A stretch of DNA of 64,000 nucleotides from Lingula anatina (GCA_051362555.1 CM120642.1:23374001-23438000), one strand, 5' to 3'; shown: positions 39,301-49,878, counted from the first letter of the stretch. Notes: generated from the sequence alone by a model not told the origin. Made by a program: numbers and translations.

Positions 39301-39743
39301 TGTACAGGGTTATGTTTAGATTGATATCCATGAAATCTGTCCACTACATCTTGAAAAGATTTTGCTCGGTTGATGTCTCTTTCACACCAAGTGTCAAATT
39401 TCTGTTGAAAATGATCAAGGTCAGAGCCTCTGCCTCCATCAATGAAGAATACTAAGTCAATATTATTCTCCCAAAACTTCTGAATCAATCGCTTCATCAA
39501 ATTATCTACCAGATCATATTCACCACCGAAGAATTCTTTCCAAAAAGGGTTGATCCCAAGACCACTTGATTCAAAATCCACCAAGTCATTTATCTTTTCA
39601 GAAAGAACAGAGAAACAGAATGCAAAAAAATCAACCAAGATTTTCATGCCATCACGCTTCTTTGCTTCTGCCACCAGATCATATATGTCGGATGTAGCAT
39701 CTGCATTATGCAAGCATGTCCCCAGCAGTCCCTGAATGCCCAT
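2685..39743 (-). CDS. Large multi-exon gene encoding a PIN-like (FEN1/XPG/Asteroid/FAM120-type) nuclease + DEAH-box RNA helicase + LOTUS-like repeat protein (~3418 aa if the 1-nt frameshift near 39213 is corrected)
   Basis: Coding exons read on the minus strand with consistent phases: 39743-38989, 38681-38499, 38088-37789, 37345-37265, 36888-36747, 34443-34202, 33827-33707, 32618-32370, 31706-31562, 31235-31046, 30704-30526, 30150-29938, 29091-28919, 27477-27374, 11751-11532, 10842-10705, 9653-9534, 9385-2685. All introns are GT-AG except 10704-9654 (GC-AG). Helicase motifs run continuously across junctions, e.g. ALHSM|IPFEDQLQAF and QRKG|RAGR. Confidence 0.85.
9931..10206. mobile_element. 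Dispersed ~250-bp Tourist/Harbinger-like MITE family copy (GATCGATCTA family)
   Basis: Shares TTCCCAGAGA / GATCGATCTA / TAATTACCCC blocks with copies at 16327-16562, ~33459-33690, 35810-36019 and 52221-52446. TAA/TA flanks. Confidence 0.6.
10320..10489. mobile_element. Small TIR element (CAGG...CCTG termini, 5-bp TSD; hAT-like)
   Basis: CAGGCCCATAGCCAG / CTGGCTACGGGCCTG, with CTCAT on both sides. Confidence 0.7.
12361..12880 (+). promoter_or_regulatory. Promoter of paralog 1: TATA box and kappaB-like sites
   Basis: TATAAAAG at 12872-12879, GGGAATTTCC at 12792-12801, GGGAAAAATCCC at 12397-12408, ETS-like AGGAAG/AGGAAA cores. Confidence 0.55.
12978..15119 (+). CDS. Secreted short-chain-collagen-C4-like domain protein, paralog 1 (~310 aa), nested in the helicase intron
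   Basis: Exons 12978-13211, 13518-13647, 14120-14194, 14626-15119 (GT-AG, phases 0/1/1). Signal peptide MKLHILSVFYIFALILLLSYKAQA, coiled coil, RHKR, GGATYIRWGRSTCP...CGSLPCP...CVVCSK. Confidence 0.9.
16327..16562. mobile_element. GATCGATCTA MITE family copy just upstream of the paralog 2 promoter
   Basis: Reverse-complement similar to 52221-52446. Imperfect TIR TTCCCATAGATTATAGATCGATC / GATCGATCTAATCTCTGGGAA. Confidence 0.65.
16640..16872 (+). promoter_or_regulatory. Promoter of paralog 2: TATA box with clustered GGAA/kappaB-like motifs
   Basis: TATAAATA at 16864-16871. GGAAATATCC (16651), CAGGAAGT, GGATTTTTCC (16756) and AAATTTCCC (16811) lie within 230 bp. Confidence 0.45.
16923..22019 (+). 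CDS. Secreted short-chain-collagen-C4-like domain protein, paralog 2 (~294 aa), nested
   Basis: Exons 16923-17141, 20350-20452, 20740-20805, 21523-22019. Hydrophobic signal peptide, coiled coil, RYRR, GGATYVRWGRTVCP...CGSLPCP...CVVCTK. Confidence 0.9.
17229..20135 (+). mobile_element. Non-autonomous Helentron/HINE-like element carrying a satellite array, in intron 1 of paralog 2
   Basis: 5' hairpin GAGGCG-ATAC-CGCCTC (17243-17258) and subterminal TGTACCACCAGC (17266-17277). 3' ACGG/GCCGG microsatellite (~20030-20090) and terminal hairpin TGTACCGCCAGCG-CTAA-CGCTGGTGGTACA (20103-20132), complementary to the 5' subTIR. No ORF. Confidence 0.7.
17430..19140 (+). repeat. 146-bp tandem repeat array (~11-12 copies)
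   Basis: AAGTAGGTCAAAGGTCAATT...GATTGCCAGTATATGACTTCCTATTCAAGTTCAATAGTAACTATGGACC recurs every 146 bp. Spurious ORFs recur at a 584-bp (4x146) offset. Confidence 0.95.
24313..26246 (+). CDS. Secreted short-chain-collagen-C4-like domain protein, paralog 3 (~299 aa), nested
   Basis: Exons 24313-24543, 24843-24942, 25492-25566, 25753-26246. Signal peptide MTILDNVLLSLLATVCIL, coiled coil shared with paralog 2 (QxVLMKMVYxLQKDII), RAKR, GGAVYIRWGRTTCP...CVVCTK. Confidence 0.9.
29363..29556 (+). mobile_element. Possible solo-LTR fragment
   Basis: TGTTAG...CTAACA inverted termini with internal TATAAAA and AATAAA in LTR order. No TSD found. Confidence 0.3.
33059..33160 (+). repeat. ~100-bp dispersed direct repeat (second copy ~34812-34913)
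   Basis: CCTAGCTGCCCCTTAAACAGGCACTCATGATCAGCTACAGAGGAGGATA is shared by both copies. Confidence 0.8.
33459..33690. mobile_element. GATCGATCTA MITE family copy
   Basis: ACTGGGTTCCCATCCCTAGATCGATC start; reverse complement of the 9931-10206 copy. Confidence 0.6.
34985..35236 (+). mobile_element. Short internally deleted sibling of the 17229-20135 element
   Basis: Same 5' end (ATCAGAGAGGCGATACCGCCTCC...TTGTACCACCAGCTGGAG) and 3' GCTGGTGGTAC, with only a remnant of the repeat unit. Confidence 0.7.
35810..36019. mobile_element. GATCGATCTA MITE family copy
   Basis: GACTGGGTTCCCAT...GATAGTCTCTGGGAATC; reverse complement of the 9931-10206 copy. Confidence 0.6.
36056..36358. mobile_element. Harbinger-like MITE with CAG TSD
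   Basis: TIR GGCCCAGTTTTATAAAG...CTTTATAAAACTGGGCC extended by TAGCACTAACCAGTG / CACTGGTTAGTGCTA. CAG flanks both ends. Confidence 0.8.
37439..37696. mobile_element. Near-perfect palindromic PIF/Harbinger-like MITE (258 bp), copy 1
   Basis: GGCTTC...GAAGCC termini, TTA TSD on both sides, folds about the centre AGTTACTATAAGTTACTATAAGTAACT. Confidence 0.85.
37789..39743 (-). other. PIN-like / XPG-like 5' nuclease domain exons (Asteroid/FAM120-type)
   Basis: Motifs in order: MGIQGL (family N-terminus), ILVD, GGEY, VFFIDG, GEADD (after the frameshift), ILGNDSDF, LRGNDF. These are the acidic motifs of FEN1/XPG/Asteroid-like nucleases. Confidence 0.85.
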
Positions 39744-39913
39744 CTTTGTGAAAGCTATGATATGCCTATAGATAAGTAGTCAGTAATATCTCTTGCAGTT
39801 ATAGGTATCTAAGCCATGTCATTGTATTAAAGTCTCTAAAGTTCTTTCTTCTGAAATGAAAGTAAAATTGTAAGTACATAATTATATAATGTGTGTGCAG
39901 TCGTATGTGTGTG

Positions 39914-39947
<34 letters not shown>

Positions 39948-40109
39948 GTGTCCAAGATTGTAATGATCTATGTTGAGCTGATATATTTAACTGGTTTTAA
40001 GCAATATAGCGGCTAATGCATGTGTGATGTCACATTGCAACGATATTGAAAGTAAAACAAGGCAGCAAAGCTGTCAAATGTACAGACAAAAAACGGAAAA
40101 TAAAGATGC

Positions 40110-41564
40110 AAAATAGGTCATTTTGTCAATTTTGATGCAATAATAAATTATGCTTATAATAACACAGTCAGTTAACACTGATTTTTTAACATGCACAACA
40201 GGTAACATGGTCAATAACAGGAGCAGATAAAGATATATTTTCTGACAGTATTCCAAAGTATCTTTGTTGATCCATCCTCCACTTTCGATGGTCTTCCAAC
40301 AGAAAAAAATCTGACCGTCATCTGAAAGACCCAGAAGACGGCCTCAATCCACCCCTGCAATAAGATTACAGTTTCTGGACTATGAGAGTTCGAATTCACA
40401 TAATGAAAATCCCAATATTTGAAAAATGTTGACAGTGCATAAAATAATATTACATAATGTTTAAAGACATAAAAACCTATGCAACTGCTTATGTGGAAAT
40501 ACAGAAAATCTGAAGAGCTTCAGGTGGATGGGAGTTGAAAATGCCAGTGTTTAGAAAAAAAAATTAAAAAGAAAACACACACAAAAAAAAATTCCAATAA
40601 AGCTGCTATTCAAACTTTTAATCTTGCTGTATTAACATGATATGAATAACCCCAACGTGTTTGAGGATAAGAAGGCACTGTTATTCATCTATAGCATTAA
40701 TGTTGGCATTACACAATTTTTTTTCTTTTGTAAACTTATTTGCAATATTAAACAACATTTACCTGCATAATTATCACCAATTTCTAATTACGTGACACAG
40801 TTAAGAGAGCTTAACCTATAGAAAATGGGTCATTTTGTCAATTTTGATGCAATAATAAATAATGCTTATAATAGCACTGTCAATCAACACTGAATTTTAA
40901 TCATGCACAACAGGTAACATGCTCAATAACAGGAGCAGATCCAGAGGTATTTTCTGACAGTATTCCAAACTATATTTGTTGATCCATCCTACACTTTTGA
41001 TGGTCTTCCAACAGAAAAAAATTGATACCAGTCAATGTAAACTTTAAAATCTGACCGTCATCTGAAAGACCCAGAAGACGGCCTCAATCCACCCCTGCAA
41101 TAAGATTATAGTTTCTGGACCATGAGAGTTCAAATTCACATAATGAAAATCCCAATATTTGAAAAATGTTGACAGTGCATAAAATAATGTTACATATTGT
41201 TTAAAGACATAAAAACCTATGCAACTGCTTATGTGGAAATACAGAAAATCTGAAGAGCTTCAGGTGGATGGGAGTTGAAAATGCCAGTGTTTAGAAAAAA
41301 ATTAAAAAGAAAACACAAAAAAAATATATATATATTCCAATAAAGCTGCTATTCAAACTTTAAATCTTGCTGTATTAACATGATATGAATAATCCCAATG
41401 TGTTTGAGGATAATAAGGCACTGTTATTCATCTTTAGCATTAATGTTGGCATTGCACAAATTTTTTTTCTTTTGTTAACTTATTTGCAATATTAAACAAC
41501 ATTTACCTGCATAATTATCACCAATTCCTAATTATGTGACACAGTTAAGAGAGCTTAACCTATA
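40110..41564 (+). repeat. Tandem direct duplication of ~710-745 bp
   Basis: Units ~40110-40820 and ~40821-41564 share the start (GGTCATTTTGTCAATTTTGATGCAATAATAAA) and end (AGAGAGCTTAACCTATA). Confidence 0.9.
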
Positions 41565-42789
41565 GGACTTGAATGGGAAATCTCAACGTGTTTTATGTAA
41601 TCTTATTTAATGGGCACTTGAAAATCAATTAGGCAAGTAATTTTATAGCTCTGAATTTAGCTAGTGATTATCCCAAGGGACAATTACCACCATCCATAAA
41701 CAGTAGCCCCATATAGCACTCCACAGAGCTGCATTGCTTCCAAAACAGAAAACAATCACACTGATTTCCAACACAAGCTACACTTCATTCCTATGAAACT
41801 TTTCAGTAAGTTAGAATATCATAAGTAAAATGGTTTTTCCTTAATGGTCATCCCAGCAGCGATGTCCAAAAAAGGTTTTTTTTCATCTTTTATGCAATTT
41901 AACATAATGCTTAACAGCACAATGGCCATCAATTTTTAATAATAAAGAAAATGTATCATAGCTATTCAAAAGATGTGACTAGCAATGGTATTCAAGCCAA
42001 TGGAAGTTCAAAGACTAAGTCACACCTTGAAAATGTCCATATGTGAAAATTTTAATTGTAACAAAAAACTATATAATTTCCAAGAAAGTTAACCGATATA
42101 ACAGGTTTTCCAACTGAAGCTATAATTTAGTGCTATGCTACATTTCTGTAAGTTTGAGAAGAGTAAGTGACTTGGTTTTGCTTTAATGGTCACTATGGAG
42201 GCATTGTCTAAAATGGGGTCGTCTTCAATTTTGATGCAATATTACATAATGCTTAACAGCATAATGACCATCAATTTTTAATAATAAAATAAAAGTATCA
42301 TGGATATTCAGAAAATTTGATATAGAAAGGTCTTCAGGGCCATGGAAGTTCAGAGTCACAGCTTCAAAATGCCAAAATGTACACAAGAGATAACTGTACT
42401 GAAATGAATTTCTTTCCACTTTCAACACTTTTTTTACATATATCAAAATAATCAATTTACTGGCGTTTTTAATGATCAACTAAGAAAGTTGTTGACATAG
42501 GAAAAATATCAATAGAACAACTTTACATGTCCAATTTGTTCCATTCTGAGATTCTGAACATGGTGAATGATTGAATCTGACAAACTGTAAAGATATGTTT
42601 ATTTCCATTTTTGACACTTTATTACAAAATGCACAATAAAAGGTTTACCATCATTTTTATATAATCAACTAACAATATTGTTAAGATGCAGAAAATGTCA
42701 AAAGAACACCTTTACATTACTAATTAGTTCACAAATGAGATTGTTAACATGCCTAAGAATTAAATCCGAGGAAAAAGGACTTATATACA

Positions 42790-43886
42790 AAAAAAGGCAC
42801 AATTTCACCAAAACTGAACCGATCAAGCTTATTTTCGAACCTCATCTGTATTTTAGTAAATATGATCACCCCTGTGAATTTCAAGACAATTGGCCAATTG
42901 ATTTTCCTTGAAATGTGTTATCGGTGTTGCACATATGCTGAAATAGTGAAAAAACAGCATAACTTCCATAAAAATGGCCCGATCAGACTGATTTTCGAAC
43001 TTGACCTGCGTATTATGAATATTCATCATTTCAGTAACTTATAAGCCAAAAAGTAAAATGATTTTTCACTTATCGTGTTATCGGTGTTGCATTTATTCTG
43101 AAAAAAATGAAAAAATAGCATAACTTCCACAAACATGGCCCAATCATGCTGATTTTTGAACTTGACCTGCGTATTCAGAATATTCATCAGTTCTGTAAGT
43201 TTCAAGCCAAAAGGTAAAACGGTTTTTCACTTATCGTGTTATCGGTGTTGCATTTATGCTGAAAAAAATGAAACAGCATAAATTCCCTAAAAGTGACCCG
43301 ATCATGCTGATTTTCGAACTTGACCTGCGTATTATGAATATTCATCAGTTCTATAAGTTTCAAGTCAAAAGGTAAAATGGTTTTCCACTTATCGTGTTAT
43401 CGGTGCTGCATATATGCTGAAAATAGTGAAAAAACAGCATAAATTCCCTAAAAGTGACCCGATCATGCTGATTTTCGAACTTGACCTGCGTATTATGAAT
43501 ATTCATCAGTTCTGTAAGTTTCAAGTCAAAAGGTAAAATAGTTTTCCACTTATCGTGTTATCGGTGCTGCATATATGCTGAAAAAAGTGAAAAAACAGCA
43601 TAAATTCCCTAAAAGTGACCCGATCATGCTGATTTTCGAACTTGACCTGCGTATTATGAATATTCATCAGTTCTGTAAGTTTCAAGTCAAAAGGTAAAAT
43701 GGTTTTCCACTTATCATGTTATTGGTGCTGCATATATGCTGAAAAAAGTGAAAAAACAGCATAAATTCCCTAAAAGTGACCGATCATGCTGATTTTCGAA
43801 CTTGACCTGCGTATTATGAATATTCATCAGTTCTGTAAGTTTCAAGTCAAAAGGTAAAATGGTTTTCCACTTATCGTGTTATCGGT
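42790..43886 (+). repeat. ~161-bp tandem repeat array (~7 copies)
   Basis: ATTTTCGAAC(TTGACCTGCGTATTATGAATATTCATC) at 42831, 42991, 43152, 43310, 43471, 43632, 43792. Confidence 0.95.
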
Positions 43887-44401
43887 AAAAGTGCACGGCG
43901 ACGGCGACGGCGATGACGGCAATGACGGCGACGACAGACGCAGATGATGGCTATATGTACAGACACATCTGTGTCTGTACATAAAAATAAATTTAATTTC
44001 ATTCTCAAAGTGGAGCAGAACCTAGCCAGTAACATGAACATATACGCACAGTTCACAGCTATGTTGATGTCAACTTTGATAAAAGGATATTAAAAGGCAC
44101 AAGGGTATGTTTTTGTGGGTCACAAATATACCTGTATGTGTGATGCCATATTGCAACAAGAATAAAAAAATATATTAATTAGCATCCCCAAATTCCAGCA
44201 GACCTTAGCTGGTAACATGAACATATACTGTACATGTACACAGTTTACAGCAGTGTTGATGTCACCTTTGATAAAAGGATATTAAAAGGTCAAAGGTTTT
44301 TGTGGGCCACAAATGTACTAGTAGGTGTGAGAGCGATATTGAGAGTAAAAAAAATATTAAATATCATTCCCAAAATCAAGAAAACTTTAGCAAATATATA
44401 C

Positions 44402-44408
44402 AGAGAGA

Positions 44409-44454
<46 letters not shown>
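44402..44454. repeat. (AG)n microsatellite
   Basis: Direct reading. Confidence 0.95.
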
Positions 44455-44458
<4 letters not shown>

Positions 44459-44571
44459 TGTTGATGTCATCTTTATTTAAAAGGTAAAAATACCAGCTTA
44501 AAAGAAATGTCACCAAGCCGTTGCAGAGGGTTTGCATCTCAGGCTACTTTCTTACGTAAAGGGAAAAATTC

Positions 44572-46056
44572 GGTACTTTTGTAGTATACCCCCCCACCCT
44601 GTAACTTTCTGTAACTTTCACTTTTCAAACAGTTTTTTACATTTACTTGTTCATCTATGTCAATGCTGTTGAAATAAAATGCTTTTGTAATTACCTGCGG
44701 ACTTTTTATTGGTTTTAATCACGTTTAAGCCAGCCCATTGAAATACAATGTTAGAACTTCAATTTTCACCCGCAGTCAGTAACTTGCCGCGTTTTTATTG
44801 GCTAACTCTAAGGCAATTTTATGTGAACAAGTAGCTCATAATAATTTCACAGAGGAAGTCCAAGTATACAATACATATCAATCCTATGTTTACATAAAAT
44901 AAGGTAGAGTTAGCCAACTAAAACGCGGCAAGTTATTGACTGCGGGTACATTGTAAATTTTCACATTGTATTTCAATGGGGTGGATTAAACGTGATTAAA
45001 ACTAATAAAAAGACCACAGGTAATTACAAAAACATTTTATTTCAACAGCTTTGACATAGGTGAAAAAGACAATGTAAAAAAATGTTTGAAAAATGAAAGT
45101 TTCAGGAAGTTACAGGGTTATGGGCGGCCAAAAGGGCAAAAAATCCTGTCGTCGATTCAGTTATGTTTCGTCGATTCACTGCCTTCCCATCGATTCAGTT
45201 TCAAGTTTAAACGATCCTGTCATAAATTCAACATCTACTTTCGTCAATTCAACTGTCAAACATTTCTCATCTACGGTGTATTAAAACCAATGCCGTCACT
45301 ATTTTCGTCGATCGTGTAACTATTCTCGTCGATCGTCTAATCTCGTCGATCGTCCAACTAATCTCGTCGATCGTGTAACTATTCTCATCGATCGTCTAAT
45401 CTCGTCGATCGTGTAACTATTCTCATCGATCGTCTATTCTCGTCGATCGTCTCATCGATCGATCGCCAGAGGGCGCTGCGGTAGCACATTGGCCTATCAC
45501 ATGACTATCAAAATGGCAGACAACAAAATGATTGCTTGTGAAATAAGAACATTTTCTCAACAATTTCAATTTTAGTTGTTAATAATTAAAAGACATTCGG
45601 TTGTAGGGACATTATTTTCTAGTTGTGCTTAACTCTGCCCATGGCTGGCCGAGTTAAAAATTACCGCGTGATTGACAGACAGAAGCACGTGTTGCTACCG
45701 CAGCGCCCTCTGGCGATCGATCGATGAGACGATCGATGAGAATAGTTACACGATCGACGAGATTAGACGATCGACGAGAATAGTTACACGATCGACGAAA
45801 ACAATTTGACGATCGACGAGATTAGTTACACGATCGACGAAAATAGTGACAGCATTGGTTTTAATACACCATAGATGAGAAATGTTTGACAATTGAATTG
45901 ACGAAAGTAGATGTTGAATTTATGCCAGGATCGTTTAAACTTGAAACTGAATCGATGGGAAGGCAGTGAATCGACGAAACATAACTGAATCGACGACATG
46001 AATTTTTGCCCTTTTGGCCGCCCATACAGGGTGGGGGGGTATACTACAAAAGTACC
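44572..46056. mobile_element. Palindromic MITE, Merlin-like (GGTAC termini, 8-bp TSD), interrupted by a nested insertion
   Basis: TIR GGTACTTTTGTAGTATACCCCCCCACCCTGTA / TACAGGGTGGGGGGGTATACTACAAAAGTACC. TSD AAAAATTC at 44564-44571 and 46057-46064. Long imperfect inverted arms span 44597-45118. Confidence 0.8.
45119..46026. mobile_element. Nested 908-bp foldback MITE, IS3EU-like (TATGG...CCATA termini, 6-bp TSD)
   Basis: Termini TATGGGCGGCCAAAAGGGCAAAAA / TTTTTGCCCTTTTGGCCGCCCATA. TSD CAGGGT at 45113-45118 and 46027-46032. Inverted arms of ~340-370 bp with TCGTCGATCG subrepeats. Confidence 0.8.
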
Positions 46057-46199
46057 AAAAATTCGACTAATAGAAATACATGTACTTTCCTATCAGATCA
46101 TAGCTAAAAACAACAACGATCTTTCCTTTACAACAAGAGGCATTTTGAATTCCTCCATGAACAAACATATCAAATTCTCACCTAGCGTCCAAATTGATA

Positions 46200-46690
46200 C
46201 AACAAACTGTACTTATACGTAACCGCTATAAGTTAATTGTCTCATATACCCGAAGGACTGCCTCACATCATCGCCGACTATACAAAAATCTTCAAAATAA
46301 AAACCGCGATATGAACTTTACCCGTACGAGGTCACGTGATCCGAAGGCAGACGATTTCATGAGAGCTCGCGCTGGGCCTTTGATCTCTCTCCGCGACAAC
46401 AGTCCCTTCGTTAAATGTGTCTAAGCTGGAATGAACTTGTGTAATAATTCAGCTGTAGACTCTACTGCATTATTAGCAATTACAACAGGATCATACTTAT
46501 TTCTTACTAGTCACTTGGTTTACAGTTAGATCTACTGTTTACTCTTAACTTAAATGAACTCGCCTGGAAATGACCTTTTTGTGCTGACCTTGCAGTGATC
46601 GGGCAATATGGCGTCACAACGGTGTTCATAAATACAAGAAATATCATCACATATGTTTACAGATGCTGTGGTTTTCAAAGGTAAGACTCA
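46200..46690. promoter_or_regulatory. Probable bidirectional promoter / non-coding first exon region between the helicase gene and GPCPD1
   Basis: Locally CpG-rich. E-box GTCACGTGAT at 46331-46340, YY1-like AATATGGCG near 46605, and a strong plus-strand donor AAG|GTAAGA at 46680/46681. The helicase ATG exon has an upstream acceptor at 39852-39851, which implies a further 5' UTR exon. Confidence 0.45.
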
Positions 46691-49600
46691 GTGCACACAT
46701 TATGGTAAAAGCTTGGTGTCGAGTATAAAATCTACACTTATGGAGGTCATATGTGACACTACCATGTTTTTAAAATTGCAATTTCAATCCAAACATGTTA
46801 ATGCAGCAGCCAATAATTCTGTAGATTTGGTACGTCTAGGTTAGAAGATATTTTGGGTCCTAAGGTACATGTATTTGTGGAGAAGCCAATCTGAGTGTGA
46901 TATTTGCTCAAGGCGCCGTAATGCAATAATTGGAAGCCATGGGGTCTGTTGCATTGTCACTTATATACACTCTTGAAGGTTCATTAAAATGTGATCCTTA
47001 CAGTACAGCTTTAATGTGGACTGGGTGAAATCGTGAGTGAACTCACTAGTGAACCACTTTGCCATTTGTGGATCCACATTAAGTGCCAAGTGGAGGTAGT
47101 TCATTGTATTACTTAATTGTGGGTGACTTTTCAGCAAGGTAGATATTGCCAGTTTAAAATATCAAGGTAAGGTAAAAAGAAACTGAACAAATAGATTACA
47201 GATCCACCTGGGCTGATTTTCATAGTGGCATAAGGCAATAAGGAGATGAAAGATATGGCTTAATAAGGTCTCTGACTACTAAGATATATATGTGTGTTTG
47301 TGAAAATTTTGGATACAATCTTGGTGCATATATTTAAAGGTGCATAATATGATTGAAGTCAATTTTTTGCTACAAAAGTTGACCAGATGCTAGCATATAG
47401 CTTCAAACAGTACAAAAGACATTGTGTAATATTACCCAAAAATTATATTTGAATGGATATTTCTGCTATTTTTCTTTTGCTGTATATAAACAGGGCAAAT
47501 AATTAAGTAGGTCATATAAGTAAGTTAAATTTACAACCTAAAATTTAAAGAAAGGAGCAGTCTGTAGCTCTTTTATTGTTGATTGAGTGATTTATTCAGT
47601 TTATTCCTTGGCATGTCAAATTTATTTGAGCCATATAAGAAACTAGTAGAAGTGGTTTATATGCATTACTGGGAATCCACATTCAGTTTGTATGTACCTT
47701 TGAGGCAATAAACATCAATAGAACCTCCACCCCCACCAGTGGAATGCAATAAAGAAAATGATTTGCATTGACTTATCTTCATCATAAGAACAACTAAAAA
47801 GCTAAAGCTTGGATATATGCAGCTCATATTCTGTTGTTACAGTAGCCTAGTTAAAAAAATTATAGAGTGTCTTATTTTGTACAGTAATTTTCAGCTCTTT
47901 GTTTTTTATGTGACCAAATGTGATATAATTGCTGCTATTTTGTAGAAGAGCGGTTAGCTGATTCATTTCCTCAAAGCGTAATTACAATATATATTTTAAC
48001 TCTTTAAGACTTATTCACATTAGAATTTGTAGATCTGAGTCACCTTGGCCCCCTGTAGGGGCCGCATGATATAATGGATCAAGGTAAATAATTCCATCCA
48101 TGTAATCAGTATAGTAAACAGTGTCTGGGATTTCATATACCGGGTGTCATATTATTGAGGGAACTGTAATCAAGAATTGGCTTCATGGAGAAGGCTTCAA
48201 CATTTTCTGATCAATTTCATTTGATCAAGGCTCGTATGTTTAGGAAGAGTGAGATTTTTTTAGAGATTAATTGTGATTCATTCTACACACATGGTAAGTG
48301 CCTTTGTATATGGGATAGAATCATCAATTCTTTGTAACTTTTCAATATTATTATTATTATTTAATCCCTATAACTTAAATTTTCCTACCTATTGTGCCCA
48401 GTAAGAAATTTGTATTGTATAAATTCAGACTGTAATAAAAAAACCTCACATTACTGATGTTGACTTTCATTTCAATAAATGTTAGCTTCTTATATGCTGA
48501 AACTTAGAATATAATTTTTGCTATACCTGAATATAATAACATGTTTGGCAGTTAGAGGACAACCAAGATTGGAGGGCATTTACTAAGGTGAAGGTGTAAC
48601 AGTCAACAGGGTTAAGGTACATGTCAACTGCTTGTTTTTATTCTGTCACTTGACCTTGAGTTGATACTGTCTAGCATCTGATCAGTGGTAGCTGCTTCCC
48701 ACAATTACTGGCGGTAAAAACAGTGCAGATATATATTAACAATGCGTGTAAAGTTTTCTCATTCTGATAATATTTACTATATACTATATATATATACATT
48801 GAAGCATTTTTTTAAGTGCTCATTTGCATTTAACCTTAATTTTTGTTACATTGTATGTTATAATAAAATTTAATTTTACAGCCAGATCGTAAAGTAGCCA
48901 GGCCGTTCATTTTTTGTTTGAGTCTGAATTTGGAAAGAGAAGAATAGGGGCGGATTGAGACCATCTTCTGGGTCTTACAGAAGACGGTCAGATTTTAAAT
49001 TTTTCATTGATGGGTATCTATTTTTTTCTGTTGAAAGATGGTCAAAAATGGAGAATGGATCAATAAAGATAATTTAGAAGAATGTCAGAAATAAAAAATA
49101 TCTCTGGATCTGCCCCTGAAGAAGCTTTGCACTTATGAATTAGCGTGAGGTTCATCATGACCCTACGAAAGGGCTTATTAGTGCAGAGAATTCAAAGGTA
49201 AAAAAGATTCTTGTTTGAGTGTGGATTGTGGACACCTGTACATTTGATCTCATGATATTGACTTGAGGAGAAAGGTAGATTTTGCTATCATTCACATTTT
49301 TTTTTTCACCTCCACCAAAGAAGGTCCCTGGTGGTTGTTTTCATAGGCTTTTCTGAGTGTCTATTAACCTTTTTTTTTTTTTTTTTATAATCACAAGATA
49401 TCTGAAAATGTTTCTCACAAATTTATATGAATTTTTGAATAGGGTAGGTAGTTATTCATGTGTGAAAAAAGTTATGACAAGTGTCTGTTTATTAAGTCTT
49501 TTTCTATTGCGTGTTCCTGTGCTTTTTTTAGTGCTCTCATAGTTTTCCTACAATTGACTAAAAGGATACCTGAATTTGGCTGCATTCCTGCACTTATTCA

Positions 49601-49878
49601 CTTAAGACTGCACTTATTGTTTACATTCAATTTTCCCCGTATTTTTCAGAATTCCATTTGAGGACAGAAATCTTCTGGAAGTGTGTGACCCACATCCAGG
49701 TTTTCCCAATAGTTATGAATATAGCCGATTTGCTAACAAAAACTGTGAGGTTACCAGAAGACAGGGTCTTTTAAAATTGGAAAAGAACTGGTGTGGTACA
49801 TTATACGAGGAAACTGTGCAAATTCAACAACTTTAACGCAATAGCTTATTTGGAGTAAATTGAGAAAAATTTTATAAC

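Larger units (their letters stand above)
40056..43985 (+). mobile_element. Second Helentron/HINE-like non-autonomous element (~3.9 kb)
   Basis: 5' AACAAG-GCAGC-AAA-GCTG hairpin followed by TGTACAGACA. 3' (ACGGCG)n microsatellite and terminal hairpin TATGTACAGACAC-ATCT-GTGTCTGTACATA (43954-43983). Contains internal tandem arrays. Confidence 0.6.
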
